From Macrostomum lignano (Eukaryota): DNA of 64,000 nt. The translations under genes and the position numbers were made by a program. Each line of letters starts with the position of its first letter. The first letter of the stretch is position 1. The notes under the pieces are model-generated. The model was not told the origin of the DNA. It saw only the letters and a list, made by a program, of their open reading frames with translations, and searched no databases. The stretch is from assembly GCA_002269645.1 (NCBI GenBank), contig NIVC01000240.1, positions 372,001 through 436,000 of the forward strand, read 5' to 3'. Of the stretch, positions 27,511-40,495 are shown in pieces.

Positions 27511-28267
27511 CCGTAGTCTATGGTAAAAGTGGCTACTTTTGAGGAGAATTAGATCATTTAATATACTTTTTTTGCGATTGAATTCGTCCAAACTGCAAAA
27601 CCTTTCGTCCACAAATGCTTTCTTAATGGAAGCTAAATTTAGATCATACCAAAGACAACTGTGTTCACGCAAAACGGTTCATCCAGTTTGTAAAACATTT
27701 CGTCCCCTAGACTAGAGACCGAGTGTACTGTTCCTACCATAGTTAACACCCAATTGACAGTTCGCTTTTGCTACCACTACAGCTACAGCAACGCATATCT
27801 TCCATTCTGAACCCGGAAAAACAGTCGAAGATGAACCGAGGCCCCTACCATCCAGTGTCAAACGAAGACCGCAGGCGATTAGCCTTGGCTGTTGAAGAAG
27901 GCCGCGATTGGAAACAACTGGCCAATATCCTTGGGATCAAGAGAAAGACAGCCAAAACGATTCTAATAAGAGACACTGTTTTTTCTTTGTTCAATATTTC
28001 GTGATATCAAATAAAGTCGCTCCGTTTAGCTGTTAGCTGTTTGGACGAAGGGTTTAGACGAAATGTTTTACAAACTGGATGAACCGTTTTGCGTGAACAC
28101 AGTTGTCTATGGTATAATCTAAATTTAGCTCCCATTAAGAAAGCGTTAGTGGACGAAAGGTTTTGCAGTTTGGACGAATTCAATCGCAAAAAAGTATAAT
28201 TAATATCAGGAGCATTAAAACATTTAATTCTCCTCAAAAGTTAAATACTTTTTACCATAGACTACGG
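27511..28267 (+). mobile_element. Non-autonomous DNA transposon with ~200-bp inverted repeats carrying a Tc1/IS630-like HTH remnant
   Basis: 27511-27704 is inverted relative to 28057-28267; internal MNRGPYHPVSNEDRRRLALAVEEGRDWKQLANILGIKRKTAKTIL is HTH-like. Confidence 0.65.
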
Positions 28268-28922
28268 ACTGACCTCAAACAAACATGTACAAACATGGCA
28301 TAGACACTTCAGTCAATTTAGCAAATATACACGTATTCGTGACCTTGGTAATTTACTAAAATTCTCGCTTCATAAACTACGATTGCTTATTTAATCGTTA
28401 AAAATTGTACCATTCTGAGCCGGGAATGTGTTGTCCATGGTAATTTATGTATAAGATATTCTATGGGTTTGAGGTCGGTAAAAAACCATAGAATATCTTA
28501 TTTAAACTACTTTAATTTTGCGGGATGTATTCAGATAAATCCCGGAGCCATACTTGTATGTCTATGGTTGAAGTTGGGGATGGGGGTGTGGGGGCGAAGC
28601 CCCTGCTGGGGGTGTGGGGGCGAAGCCCCCACATTCTTACCATAGACAAATTTTCATTAAGAAATTTCTCGAGTCACGAAGGAAGAGAAGAGAGAAGCTC
28701 GCATATTTAGATACATACAATAATCCTTGCAATATGTCCAGGAAAGTAATCGATTAAATCCTGCAAAATAAAATCTATGTCAATAACCTCCCTGAAAGTG
28801 AGCTTTAAAGTGGTTTAAGGTGAGATTATTTGACAGAAACTAGGATATTATATCATATAATCTCCTCGAAATCAGGAGCCTTATATGGAACATTGAAGTG
28901 AACATCGGAACATTGAAGTTTA

Positions 28923-30235
28923 CGAGGGGTGATAAAAAAGTTCTGCAAGTGACCTCACAACTCTGTTACAGCAACCACGGCGTCTAATCAGTGTCACATT
29001 TCCTCAAAGTACTTTCCACCACTATCTATGCACCGTCGCATGCGTATGCACCATGTCTGAAAGCAGTCATGGTACTCCGAAGTTGGTAAACCCTGTAGAG
29101 CTGAATGTACCGCCTGGGCAAGGTCTTGTATGTGTGAAAACGGCCTCCCAGAAATGACGGATTCTATCCTCGGGAACAGCCAAAAGTTGCATGATGCTAG
29201 GTCTGGAGAGTAGGGTGGAGTGGATGGGGCAGCAGCCGGACCCCCTGCTGCTCCAGGTACGCCATGGTTGAGGCTGCTCTGTGCGGTGCCGCATTGTCAT
29301 GGTGCAGCAGGAGTCGAGGTCCATGCCTGGTTCGCGCACGTTCCTGCCGCTCCTGCAGCACGCCTGGCAGAGCAGTGTCTGTGTAGTACCTGGCAGTTAC
29401 TGTGGCACCCATTGGAAGGATTTTTACTGATACTGAGAGTTGAAAAAATGGTAAACATCCGCTTCCAACTGCGGAATCCGGTCTTTAGCACCTCAGGCCT
29501 TGGCTCATCTTCTGCCAGCCAGACCATGTTGGACTGCTTATCCTTCATGGTAAAATAAGGAGATCCAACATTCGTCTCCTGTGATGACATCCGACAGTCG
29601 TCGTGGGCCGTGGGGCTTAAACATTTGCACCCACAAGAGACAGATGTGCACCCTCTCTGCTTGCTGCTCCGGAGTGAGAAGATGGGGCACCCACCGAGCG
29701 CAGGTCTTTGTGCGGCCCAGTCGCTCATGCATGATGTTATGAGCACTTCCATAGCTGACACCAAGCTCATAGGCAATTAATCTTAGCGTAATGCTCCAAT
29801 CCTCACGAATTATTGCATCGGCATGGGCCACGACATCTTCGTTCACGGATGTCCGGGGTCGGCCAGACCTTGGTTCATCGTTGAAGCTGTCCCAGCCTTC
29901 CAAGAAATGGCGCAGCCAGCGGGCAACCGTGTCAAATGATGGAGCAGAGTCAGCTAAAACATTCACCGGATCGGTATGAATCTCAGTCACTTTGCAACCA
30001 AGTTGCATGCACATAAAGATATAGAAGCGAACACTGTCTTTGATGTTTCCATCAGCTACTGAAAACACATGGAAAATATATGGCTGTGAAATTTGACTGG
30101 AGCACATTAGGAAGCCAAAAATGCATATAAATATAGCAAACAGATATAGCCGCATATGTGTAAGTTTTTGGCTTTTGCCGATTCTATAACTAAAAGCTAT
30201 AACAAAAGGTTGCAGAACTTTTTGATCACCCCTCG
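28923..30235 (-). mobile_element. Mariner transposon, full length (1313 bp), decayed transposase
   Basis: TIR CGAGGGGTGAT(A/C)AAAAAGTTCTGCAA, TA TSDs (28921-22, 30236-37); DEPRSGRP, ARWVPHLLT, ITGDECW, LHHDNAAPH, LLPHP motifs spread over three frames. Confidence 0.95.
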
Positions 30236-31046
30236 TATTTGTCTATGGTCGGAATCAAATGGCCTAAGCCTATGTGTCTATCAATCAGATGGGATGCCCC
30301 CAAAAATAAGCAATCGAATTTCATATATGATAAACACCGTTTAATTCATCATAGTCTATGGTTAGAATATCCTCGGCTGCAACCAATGGTCCTCGGACAT
30401 TCTAACCACAGAATGTGAATTAAACGGCGTTTATTATTTACATATTAACCTTCCATTAAACGGCGTTTACTATAGTACACTTAGTCCTTAGTTGGAGAAT
30501 CAAGCCATTGAAGACAGGCTTTTAAATCGTCTATGGCCCAAAAGGGGGGTCTGTGGAGCAACCAATTTAAGAATTCGTGCGCGTAATAATTGTCGGCTGA
30601 TTCTCCGCGAAGGAATGGTATTCTTGTACGCTTGCGTGCAGGAATGGATGTCTATGGTAAATCTCACTGAAAAAGCATTAGGCAAAGAAATGCATTCCTG
30701 CACGGTTTTGTGCATTCCAGCACGATGACTCATCCAACAATGGTATTCCTTCACGTCACGAGTGCGGGAATGACATCTGCACATTCTATACTCTCCACAG
30801 TATATCCTTCTTGTGCAGACATTGAAGACATTTGCTGAAACGTCTACCAATAGATGGCACACTAACTGGAATTGACACTTTGATATCAGTAAAACAAATC
30901 AAACAGGAAAAAAACAAACGTCCAGACACAACGCAACCAGATAAGTCTCTCTTCTCTAGATCACGCTGCAGGCAGGCCCACCGGGACCTCATTAACTGTC
31001 TCTGACTGAGTTCTCGGACCACCCTGCAGCTATGTCAAGTGAGTTA

Positions 31047-31500
31047 AGTCGCCTCTGACATCTAATTTCTTGCCTGACATCAATTTCTCGCCTCTGACAT
31101 CAATTTCTTGCCTCTGACATCTAATTTCTTGCCTGACATCTAATTTCTTGCCTCTGACATCTAATTTCTTGCCTGACATCAATTTCTTGCCTCTGAATCT
31201 AATTTCTTGCCTGACATCAATTTCTTGCCTCTGAATCTAATTTCTTGCTTGACATCAATTTCTTGCCTCTGAAATCTAATTTCTCGCCTCTGACATCAAT
31301 TTCTCGCCTCTGACATCAATTTCTCGCCTCTGACATCAATTTCTCGCCTCTGACATCAATTTCTCGCCTCTGACATCAATTTCTCGCCTCTGACATCAAT
31401 TTCTCGCCTCTGACATCAATTTCTCGCCTCTGACATCAATTTCTCGCCTCTGACACCCACATTCTCGCATCTGACATCCAATTTCTCACCGCTGACATCT
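31047..31500. repeat. 20-bp minisatellite (CTGACATCAATTTCTCGCCT)
   Basis: Tandem copies. Confidence 0.93.
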
Positions 31501-33039
31501 AGTTGCTTTCTTTTGACATCCGACTCTTACGGAGTCCACCAGAATGGCCGGCTCCTAACGCAATTTCAAAGCGTTATTCTCTAATATATTTTTAAAAAAA
31601 TTGTTTTAACACGCTGCTAATTTTCCCTTGGGCTCCCAACAGAATTGAAATAAGAGGACAAATCCAGAAACTCACTCCTATTGCTCCTGTAAATAGTTAC
31701 TCAAATGCTACGTCGGGGGAACGCTAAAGATATGGAAACGAATTTTGAGTTTTTTATGGTAGAGTGTCTTTTCAATGTCTCTGGAGTTCCCTGGATACGT
31801 CGGGTAAAAAACCTACCGAAAAATGCAATCAGTCAGTCAGCGCCCAGCGAATCCATTGAGAGAATTTATTCAGGCAGATATTTTCAGGGCTTAACCGAGA
31901 AAAAAGCCTAACGGAAGCAGGGATCAAGCAGTGCCGATTGGGTTTTAAAGACTGTAGACGCATCCCTCACAGCAATCCTCTAGTCTAGTAATCTATCCAA
32001 CATAGATAAATGTTTTGCCGCTGTCATGTTTTCATGTATGGAGCAGGGACAACTTTAACTTTAAGTTTAAGTTGTCCCTGGTATGAAGCTTCATTTTTAC
32101 TAATCTGGGACAAAATCTTGCCTTCTTTCAATTCATTTTACCAGCTGCTATCAGGTATCAGATCGTTAAGAGACTCATGGACGACTAAGGTAAATAAGAG
32201 AGTCTTTGAAGACCCCTTGCCGAACAACGTAGGGACTTATTCCTATTTGTGTATAAAAATGCAGCTATCAAGTTGCTATCATCACCTTCATAGTCATGAT
32301 ATGTACGCAACTCGTCTCGGGGTCATCTCAGTGCGATGGAAGCGCGTGTTAGTTGGAAGTACATATCGAATTACAGAAGAAAAAAGGCCACGCTTGAGTG
32401 GGCCAACAGAAGACGACAGTGCGGACAGACGCCCAGTGCTGTACACTGCGCACCAGGACAGTAATTGGCTGATGGCATTCTATAAGCTTCTGTGTGAAGC
32501 TATTAAACGTACAGAAAGCCTCGAGCAGCAGGCCGGGCAGAGAGGGCGGGTAGGCTTCACAACTGCTGGGGGGGGTTTCGAATTTGTAAGTCTTGCTGCA
32601 ATCTCTGCGATATATATTGAAACTCTGTACGGGCAGAGTGTCGGTTGGGTGTGACACGAGAGGGAGGGCTATACGGGGACACCTGGCTTTGGGGGGGGGG
32701 TCCTTATTAGCCAGAAGTCTGAGGCATAAAGGTGGGGTTGGTGCTGCATATTTTAGACTGGTTCTCTCTCACTCACATGGCTGTTTCTTTTCTGGCAAAC
32801 ACAAAAGCAGATTTGCAACATACGAGCTTAAATAAATTGTGCCTAAATGCTTTTCTATTCGTTGCCTCTGCTAAGTAATTCTATTTGTTACACAGTACGA
32901 GCCTACAGCACCTTGGCATTCATAAATTGCTGCTGCCGCTGCTAATATTGGACTTCAGGCTTTACTATAGCAGTATAGAATTCCAACCACCAGCTCTGTA
33001 CCGACACACCTGACACCGTCGCAACTGTGTGAGTATCTA

Positions 33040-33386
33040 TAGATTTTTTTGTAATTTGCCTGACAATTCTGTTGTCCCTCCTTATTCTACACTTGCGCAA
33101 CCAGCGCTGAGGTAATTCTGCCCCATTCCGCGGACTCCTGAGCACTTACAAGCGCCAATACTGTACACAGAAGTGTGTGCATCAGACCTAGACCTTCTAG
33201 TCGTTAGGCATGTACACTCTCTAAACAGTGGAGGTTGGCCCTCATAGGTGTGAATCGCACCTTTAACATTTAATCATTTGGAGTAAAATTTAGTGCTCAA
33301 GCCCCAATGAATAGTGCTTGCGCACGGAATCGCACCAGGGGTCGTGGCGCGAGAGCCAGACGCGCTTACCGCTGAGCTTCTCAGCC
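33040..33386 (-). mobile_element. tRNA-headed SINE related to family A
   Basis: Minus strand: GGCTGAGAAGCTCAGCGGTAAGCGC..GGTGCGATTCC head; shares GAGGGCCAACC, GTGTACATGCCTAACGA and GGAGTC.G.GGAATGGG with family A. Confidence 0.65.
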
Positions 33387-33421
33387 TCTGGCGACGAAGG
33401 ATAGAAAACGTTGTTTGATCA

Positions 33422-33670
33422 GAGCTCAGAGCTTGATACTCAGAGCTTGATGCTCAGAGCTTGATACTCAGAGCTTGATACTCAGAGCTTGATACTCAGA
33501 GCTTGATACTCAGAGCTTGATACTCAGAGCTTGATACTCAGAGCTTGATACTCAGAGCTTGATACTCAGAGCTTGATACTCAGAGCTGATACTCAGAGCT
33601 TGATACTCAGAGCTTGATACTCAGAGCTTGATACTCAGAGCTTGATACTCAGAGCTTGATGAGCTTGATG
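33422..33670. repeat. 14-bp minisatellite (CTCAGAGCTTGATA)
   Basis: About 17 copies. Confidence 0.95.
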
Positions 33671-33680
33671 CTTTGAAATA

Positions 33681-33948
33681 CACTCAGCAACATTGAAAAG
33701 TCGCCATCACAGCGGGTTACGTCTGTAGTCGCCACGAGTGCAGGTAAAGTCTCTCAATCTTTGCGAGTGACGCAATTTGCTACGCCGCGGCAGACTTGAG
33801 TTGAGGAATGAAATGGGGGGAGCGGTGTGCGAGGGTTGGACGGATTAAAGCTACCCCGATCAGTTTTCTCGCATCTTTTATTTCAGAATACTTTAAGAGA
33901 AATCGCTTACTGGCGCATAGAGTGGCGACTTTTCGATGTTGCTGAGTG
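33681..33948. mobile_element. Tc1/mariner-type MITE
   Basis: TIR CACTCAGCAACAT(T/C)GAAAAGTCGCCA with TA on both sides. Confidence 0.75.
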
Positions 33949-34385
33949 TATATGCATGGCGACGCCTGCCCTCTTCTTTATGATTTTGAACCCATACTCG
34001 TAGCTCTCTGCGTGTGAAAGCTACTCTTGCAGCTAGCGGGTTTTCTACATGGATGAAGGACTAGTCATCCATGGTTTTCTAAGAGTGAGTGCTGTGACTG
34101 CTTGTCGGCCGACGCAGATGTCTATGGCTGCTCTGCAGTCAGCGGGTTTTGTAAGACTGAGTCAGGGACTACTTCTGCGATATACAATAAGTTTACCATA
34201 GAAAGAGTCTATGGTAAATTTCTATTGCAGAAGTCGCTGAGTGAGTGCAGAGACTCGAGGGGCAGAAGTGGTTAAAACGTTAAAACTGAGGGTTAGGAGA
34301 GTTTTGCTTACTGCTTCAAAGCTTGAAAATAAATTTCACCTTGCATCGCAGGTGCCAACATAAGGGCGAAATTCCGTCATCAACA

Positions 34386-35821
34386 ATGCTACAAGTCCAA
34401 GTGAAGACGATACTCCTAGGCCTGTTGCTGTTCAATGCTGGTGCATTAATAGGCTACCTGATGACTACTTCGATGCGCCCATCAGGGACCTTTGCGCCGC
34501 CAGCAACTCGAAAGCTCAACCTAGATGACGGCGTGGTCGGCGGCAGCAACGGTAGGGCAGTGGCAGCGGAAGCAGCAACACTGACGAATGGATAGGCATA
34601 GGCGACGGCCATCAAATCCTGGAGAGCCAATCGGCTGGTCGAGCCCTGCGCCTTCAGGCCAGGCTGGGCCGAACGCACAGACAGGCGGAGGTGGCCTGCG
34701 ATCGTCTGCTTGCTGGAGACCCGGCAGAGCAAAAGAAGGCCCAGCAGCTGATGGAGCACTGCGACGTGCCCAGTGACTATCGCCTGGATGAACGCATGGC
34801 GGCCGATAGCTGTACCGAAATCCGTCAAACCTACGTGACTGAAACCATGAGCCAAGAAGAAGCGGACTTTCCGCTAGCATTTTCACTCGTTGTTTTCAAA
34901 GACTTCTACCAAGTTGAGAAGCTTTTCAGAGCGGTGTACAGGCCGGAGCACTTTTATTGTTTCCACGTCGATAATAAGTCAAGCAACGCATTCTTTCAAG
35001 CGGTCACAAAATACGCTAGCTGCTTTCCAAACGTTATTGTCTCCGAGAGCCGGAGCAACGTGAACTGGGGAACGTTCACAGTGCTAGAGGCCGACCTGCA
35101 CTGCATGAAGCGGCTGCTGGAGATGAGCAAAAAATGGCGTTACTTCATCAACCTGGTAGGCCAGGAGTACCCGCTGCGCACTATGCGCGAACTCGTTAGA
35201 ATTCTCAAATCGTTAAACGGAGCAAACAACCTGGAGAACGCCGGCACGCACAGAGGAACGCCGCAGCTTTCGGTTCAACTGCCCGACGGCAGTAAGAAAG
35301 AGATCCAGTGGTACAAAGGCTCGGTGCACATCACCGCCACCAGAGGATTCGTAGAGTACGTATTCTCGAGCGTTGGGCGGCAGATCATTGAGCACCTGAG
35401 AAAACACGGCGGCTGGCCGTGCCCGGATGAGACCTTATTTGCCTCGCTGAATCACAACCCGGACGTGCTCAAAGTGCCTGGCGCAGACCTAACCGGCCTA
35501 AAGACGGACAACGTAAAGCAGCCGTTTCTTAATCGCTACAAGAACTGGCTGTTCGGCGTGTTCGGCTATCCCTGCCTCTCCGGCAAAGCTGTGCGCCAGA
35601 TCTGCATCTGGGGCATCAAAGACCTGCCGGCTATGAATAAGAGGCCGGAGTTCTTTGTCAACAAGTTTTACTACAACTTCCAGCGGCTGGCACTGCAGTG
35701 CATGGTCGAGCGGTTCTGGAACAACACCCTGGCAGACTACCGGGTGCCGGGGCTGGCGAAGACGCAAGAGATTCCGCTGCATTTCTACACTAAATTCCAA
35801 TTTGTTAAAAAGCATATTTAG
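34386..35821 (+). CDS. Core-2/I-branching beta-1,6-N-acetylglucosaminyltransferase (GT14), intronless, one frameshift near 34555
   Basis: Type II TM anchor (TILLGLLLFNAGALIGYLM); EEADFPLAFSLVVFKD..VEKLFRAVYRPEHFYCFHVD, VNWG, KWRYFINLVGQEYPL, CPDE, C..K.VRQICIWG, FFVNKF are GCNT-family motifs. Confidence 0.9.
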
Positions 35822-35856
35822 CTGACTGTCCGTCCCAATGCAGCGAAAGATCCATA

Positions 35857-36049
35857 GGGCCGTATGCAGAAAGCCTAGTCCAGACTAGCTAGTCCGGACT
35901 TGGGTAGTTCAGTCTATAGTCTATGGTCTAGCTACCTTAGTTCTGCTATAGTAGACCGGTCTAACTTTGTGTTTCTGCATACCAAATCCAAGTCCAGACT
36001 AGCTTTTCAAGACCGGACTACCCTAGACAGAGCTTTCTGCATACGGCCC
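35857..36049. mobile_element. PIF/Harbinger-type MITE
   Basis: TIR GGGCCGTATGCAGAAAGC, 3-bp TSD ATA. Confidence 0.7.
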
Positions 36050-36850
36050 ATAGTCTATAATTATAATATAAGTACCATTTTATCAGATGGTGTTCGTATG
36101 TTTTGCAGGCAGTTTGCTATATTCGTTAAATAATTCCATTATTCCATGACTGCAGCTGCATGCCCACAAAAATGACGGACAGATGGCCTGTGCAATGGAC
36201 AAAATAATCTCTCTCGTCAGTTGAACTGTAGCTAAATCACGAATTTAACTATTGGCCTTATTGAAAGCGTTCAAAACCCTGCTGCCAACAAGCCCTTCTT
36301 ACCTTAGAATTTAATATTTTGCATTTGTATTCGAAAATAGAATAGAAAGTGACTGTCATCATTGCGTTAAGCACATTCAATGATTATGATTCCATGATTG
36401 GGTATTGTACTTGGCTTTGTTGGTTATAAAAGCCAAAATAATTCCTAGATAATTATAGCTTAATTTTGTCACTAATTTCATCAATAAAAATGTTAATATA
36501 CGCAGATTTTACAACTATCAGTTATAAGTTTTTTAATACGAGCATATTTTGATTCTAATTTTGTTGCAATTTTTAAACAAATTATAAAAATAACAGCTGC
36601 GTTGACCAGAGAAATTTGGAACAGAAATAAAATCTGCTACTTTTGCAGCAACGATCTGTGAGAGGCAGTGAGAAGCAGCTGCCGTCTCACTGAAACTATA
36701 GAAAATAACTGTTCTCAAGTTTCCGCTTTAATGCTGAGAGAATTCCAACTCAAAATACGGAGTCAGGAATTGCTGGCTGGGTGCAGGGGGGGGGGCTTGC
36801 AAGCACCAAGCTTTCCCATCGTTGTTGAGTTCGAGTGAAAGTTTTTTTAA

Positions 36851-37188
36851 CCTGAGCAATGCTAAAGATCTGAGCTATGCTAAAGATCTGAGCTATGCTA
36901 AAGATCTGAGCTATGCTAAAGATCTGAGCTATGCTAAAGATCTGAGCTATGCTAAAGATCTGAGCTATGCTAAAGATCTGAGCTATGCTAAAGATCTGAG
37001 CTATGCTAAAGATCTGAGCTATGCTAAAGATCTGAGCTATGCTAAAGATCTGAGCTATGCTAAAGATCTGAGCTATGCTAAAGATCTGAGCTATGCTAAA
37101 GATCTGAGCTATGCTAAATATCTGAGCTATGCTAAAGATCTGAGCTATGCTAAATATCTGAGCTATGCTAAAGACCTGAGCTATGCTA
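36851..37188. repeat. 18-bp minisatellite (CTGAGCTATGCTAAAGAT)
   Basis: About 19 copies. Confidence 0.96.
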
Positions 37189-37872
37189 ATCTAAATGCGT
37201 GCGTTAGGTAATTCATTTTGAAGAAATGTGGGTGGTTCAACAAAAGTACATACGAGCGTACAGCGGTAATTTCTGACGTGTTTTTATAAACATATTCTGT
37301 GAATTTTCCCTTAGGAAAAAATAAGTATTCTTTTTGAATCTACCTCAAAACTAAACATCAGACGCTATTCTTGACACCGTTAATTTGCACTACCATGTAT
37401 ATTTTACCACTTTCTTTATTACTCTGGTCTGTTTTAACGATACGCCAAAATTAATATAATATTCTAGGCCGAATGCATAACTTCATGGTTTCTTTATTAG
37501 CAGAGTGAATGGGCCGGGGCATAGTAAGCTGGTATGAAGGTGCAGGGACACCTGCCACACATATAGCTCAACTTTACCCACCTGGTCGTGTGCCCGAGGG
37601 ATTATTGACCGTCGTTCGGCATGAGCGGATTTTCCCTGCCAGACCCACTGTTGACTAGCTAACCATGGCTAATCTGCTTTGTTTTCCGAGGCTCAGGATT
37701 AGTTTTAAGCTCCATTGAGTTGGGGAAAAAATTAGCTGAAAACAGTATTATTGCTATTCTCCTTGTTCTTATACGATTTAATAGTACACGTAGGAACTTG
37801 ACATGGGTTGGTTCTGTCAATAGAGATTTTTTAGTTTAGTCATTATTTTATGGTTATTATTATTATTAATAC

Positions 37873-39146
37873 TGTTGTAATCAGCCGCATCGACGGTCTC
37901 ATGCATGCATGGGCAAGGGACGGTCTCGTGGAATCTGCCCAGTCTGCCGGCGCAACTGCGCCACCTCTTCTTCAGCAGGCCTAGTCCACTGCACATCATG
38001 CGAGATGGGCCCCACGATGCGCCATGCCCTGGGTCCAACCAGCCCCCGGCAGAGTGTAACCTGATGCACCCATGGCAACTCAGCCAGGACCAGAGTGCAG
38101 TGGCCCGCCGACTGCCGGCCCCAGCTGTGACCCAGGTCACACCTACTGGCCTGGCTCCACTGTGCGCTGCATTCCGGCCGCCCTCGCCCCTAGCACTGCG
38201 TACTCTGACTCAAGCTCTGCATGAGGTTTGCAACAAACCAGACTCTGCGACCCGTCGACCTTGCCTTGTGACAAACAAGGACTAATTAACAACAATTGTA
38301 ACTTGTTGTTAAGTAGTCCTTGGTCGCAAACCGTCTACTGGGCCAGGCAGTCGGAGGGGCGGTGACAGCTCTCCGGCGGGGGGGGGGTGGCGGGTCGGGC
38401 TCGACTAGGTGTTTGGCCCGCAAGGCGTCAGCTGCTACGTTGTCGGGCTCCACCTGCAGCTTGCTGTCGTTGATGACCACTCGGGTAGCGCCACGGACGT
38501 CAACAACGTTGACCCGGCTGCGGACAGAGCGGGCGAGTGCGCCATCATGGTGTGGCCTGGACAGAGCTGCTCACCTGGCCCAAGCGGCGGCTCCTCGCCA
38601 CCACCGAGCGTATTGGCCGCGGAGCCCTGAAGCAGCGGCTGCGAGAGCAGCTGGTTGGCCCTGGTGCTGATCGCCTTAGGACGAGACATGATTGCCGCAG
38701 GCCACGCCATGATTTCGCACTCGCGCGCTCTGTCCACAGCTGGGTCAAAGTTGGCGACGTCGGCGCGAGACTCTCGCCGCTTCGATGGCGCCACTGAGGC
38801 AGCTTTCGAGCACGGGCTGCCGTTGGCTTAGTTGGGACGGGACTATCACGCACACCTGCGCCCCAAGTCACCTGCACCTGCCGTCGTCCCCGCGCAGCTA
38901 CCACCTCGGCCGAGGCCGGCAAATCAGCCAAATACACTGACCTGGCGACCACAACGATTTCCGCCCGGTCGGTATGGAGACTCTGGGGGCCTCCATGCCC
39001 TGGAGCCAGCTAAGTTGTCGCTCTTGAGGCCTTGTTAATTTGGAGCGAGGGACCCGGGTGCATGTCTTCCACCGACTAGGAGCAGCTGTCCAGTCTGGAA
39101 ACAAATTTCGCCGCCCACGAGTTAATTATAATTCCTGCCTTTTACA
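37873..39146. mobile_element. Two GC-rich LTR-like modules tail-to-tail (37873-38294 +, 38304-~39146 -)
   Basis: First module TGTTGTAATC...TTAACAACA; second ends in the related AAGGACTACTTAACAACA on the minus strand and is preceded by a PPT-like AAAGAAGGAGGGGA. No coding core and no TSD found. Confidence 0.4.
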
Positions 39147-40495
39147 CCGATCCCCTCCTTCTTTTATTGTATGTTTAGTTAAAAACCCTTTTGTGACATG
39201 ATTTTATTTTGCATAGTCATAATCTTATAAATGATTTTGTTATGCTTTTTTTAATTTAAAGTATAGGAATACACAATTACGCTCGTAATATTATCATTAG
39301 TAATTATTCTAGATGGGCCACTCAGCACATTTGCGTGTAAGCTACTTTCAGTTCAGTAGTTAGTTAAACTGAAGCATTTTAATGTAATTTTAAAGCCACG
39401 GATTATTATTAAATGCGCACGCCGCGAGAGGGTGCTGATTTTTTTAAAAAGCTCGTATGATTGTTTGAATTATTTGATCTACATTGCTAAAACAAAATAA
39501 AAGATTACAAGAACCTGCATGGTGAATAAAAATTTCTGACGAAACAGGTAACAGGGACTTTAAATCTAAGCCGCAAACATGATTATTAATAAAAGCTTAT
39601 TATTTAGATACATTGAAGTCTCAGGGCCAGCTGATGATCTAGCTTGTGTCACGTCTTTTGTTCTGGAGCTGCCACTGTCTCGTGGTATTTCTTAAACTTT
39701 TCGTTTGCAATAGCTACATGTACGTTCAATTAGACTAACATATTTATTTTGCTCATACGTACAGTCCCAAATTATTGATCGCACCACTTTCATTCTTCAC
39801 TGATCGCCCCACCCCACATTACGCTCACGTGTATTGTACGCTTTCACTCAGCTCATTAAATATATCGACCCAGAGCATCTCGCTCAAGAGGCCCTTTTCG
39901 TTTTTCATCGTTTCAATAGCGCAGCATATAGTTTGTCTTTCATCTCGAGTTATTCTAGCAACCATCTTTAATAAATTTCGATTAATCTTAAGACATAATA
40001 GAAAGGCTAGAACTTACATTATGTCTTGGTCGTGAGTCATTAAGTAAGATAAAAATACATTATTCTCTGCAGTAAGGTTATGTCAATTCGTGGAAAAAAG
40101 CGGTCAGATCTAAATTATCGTTTTTGCGTGTTAAAACAAAAGAAGCCTAAAAGCTGTATTAAATGAGCTTATAAGTTATTATCAAATGTCAAATACTAGT
40201 TATAAGACTTATTTAAAAAGTCTTGAGAATATTTCATAATTTATGTAAGTCTTAGCATGTATTTTCAAAATCTCCTTTAATTGATATTATATTTGATATA
40301 TTTGATCCAGACCGGTCGACAATCGACACTACTCCTCTCATTACAGCTCTGTTGGTAATCTGATTTGCTTTCAATTTTAGACTTCATTGATGATAATCTG
40401 ACTTGACTTCAATTTTTAAACGTCATGAAATTAGAATAGGCCTTTGGACCCTTACTCCCTACTTCAATACGACAATAGATAGGTGGGCTGGGTAG

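Noticed and set aside
30500-31022. Cys-containing minus-strand fragments as a zinc-finger gene
   Set aside because: Interrupted by stops and not matching a definite family.
32010-32657. 214-aa plus-strand ORF and overlapping minus-strand ORF
   Set aside because: No motifs and no codon-like GC pattern; possibly a decayed element, but unassignable.
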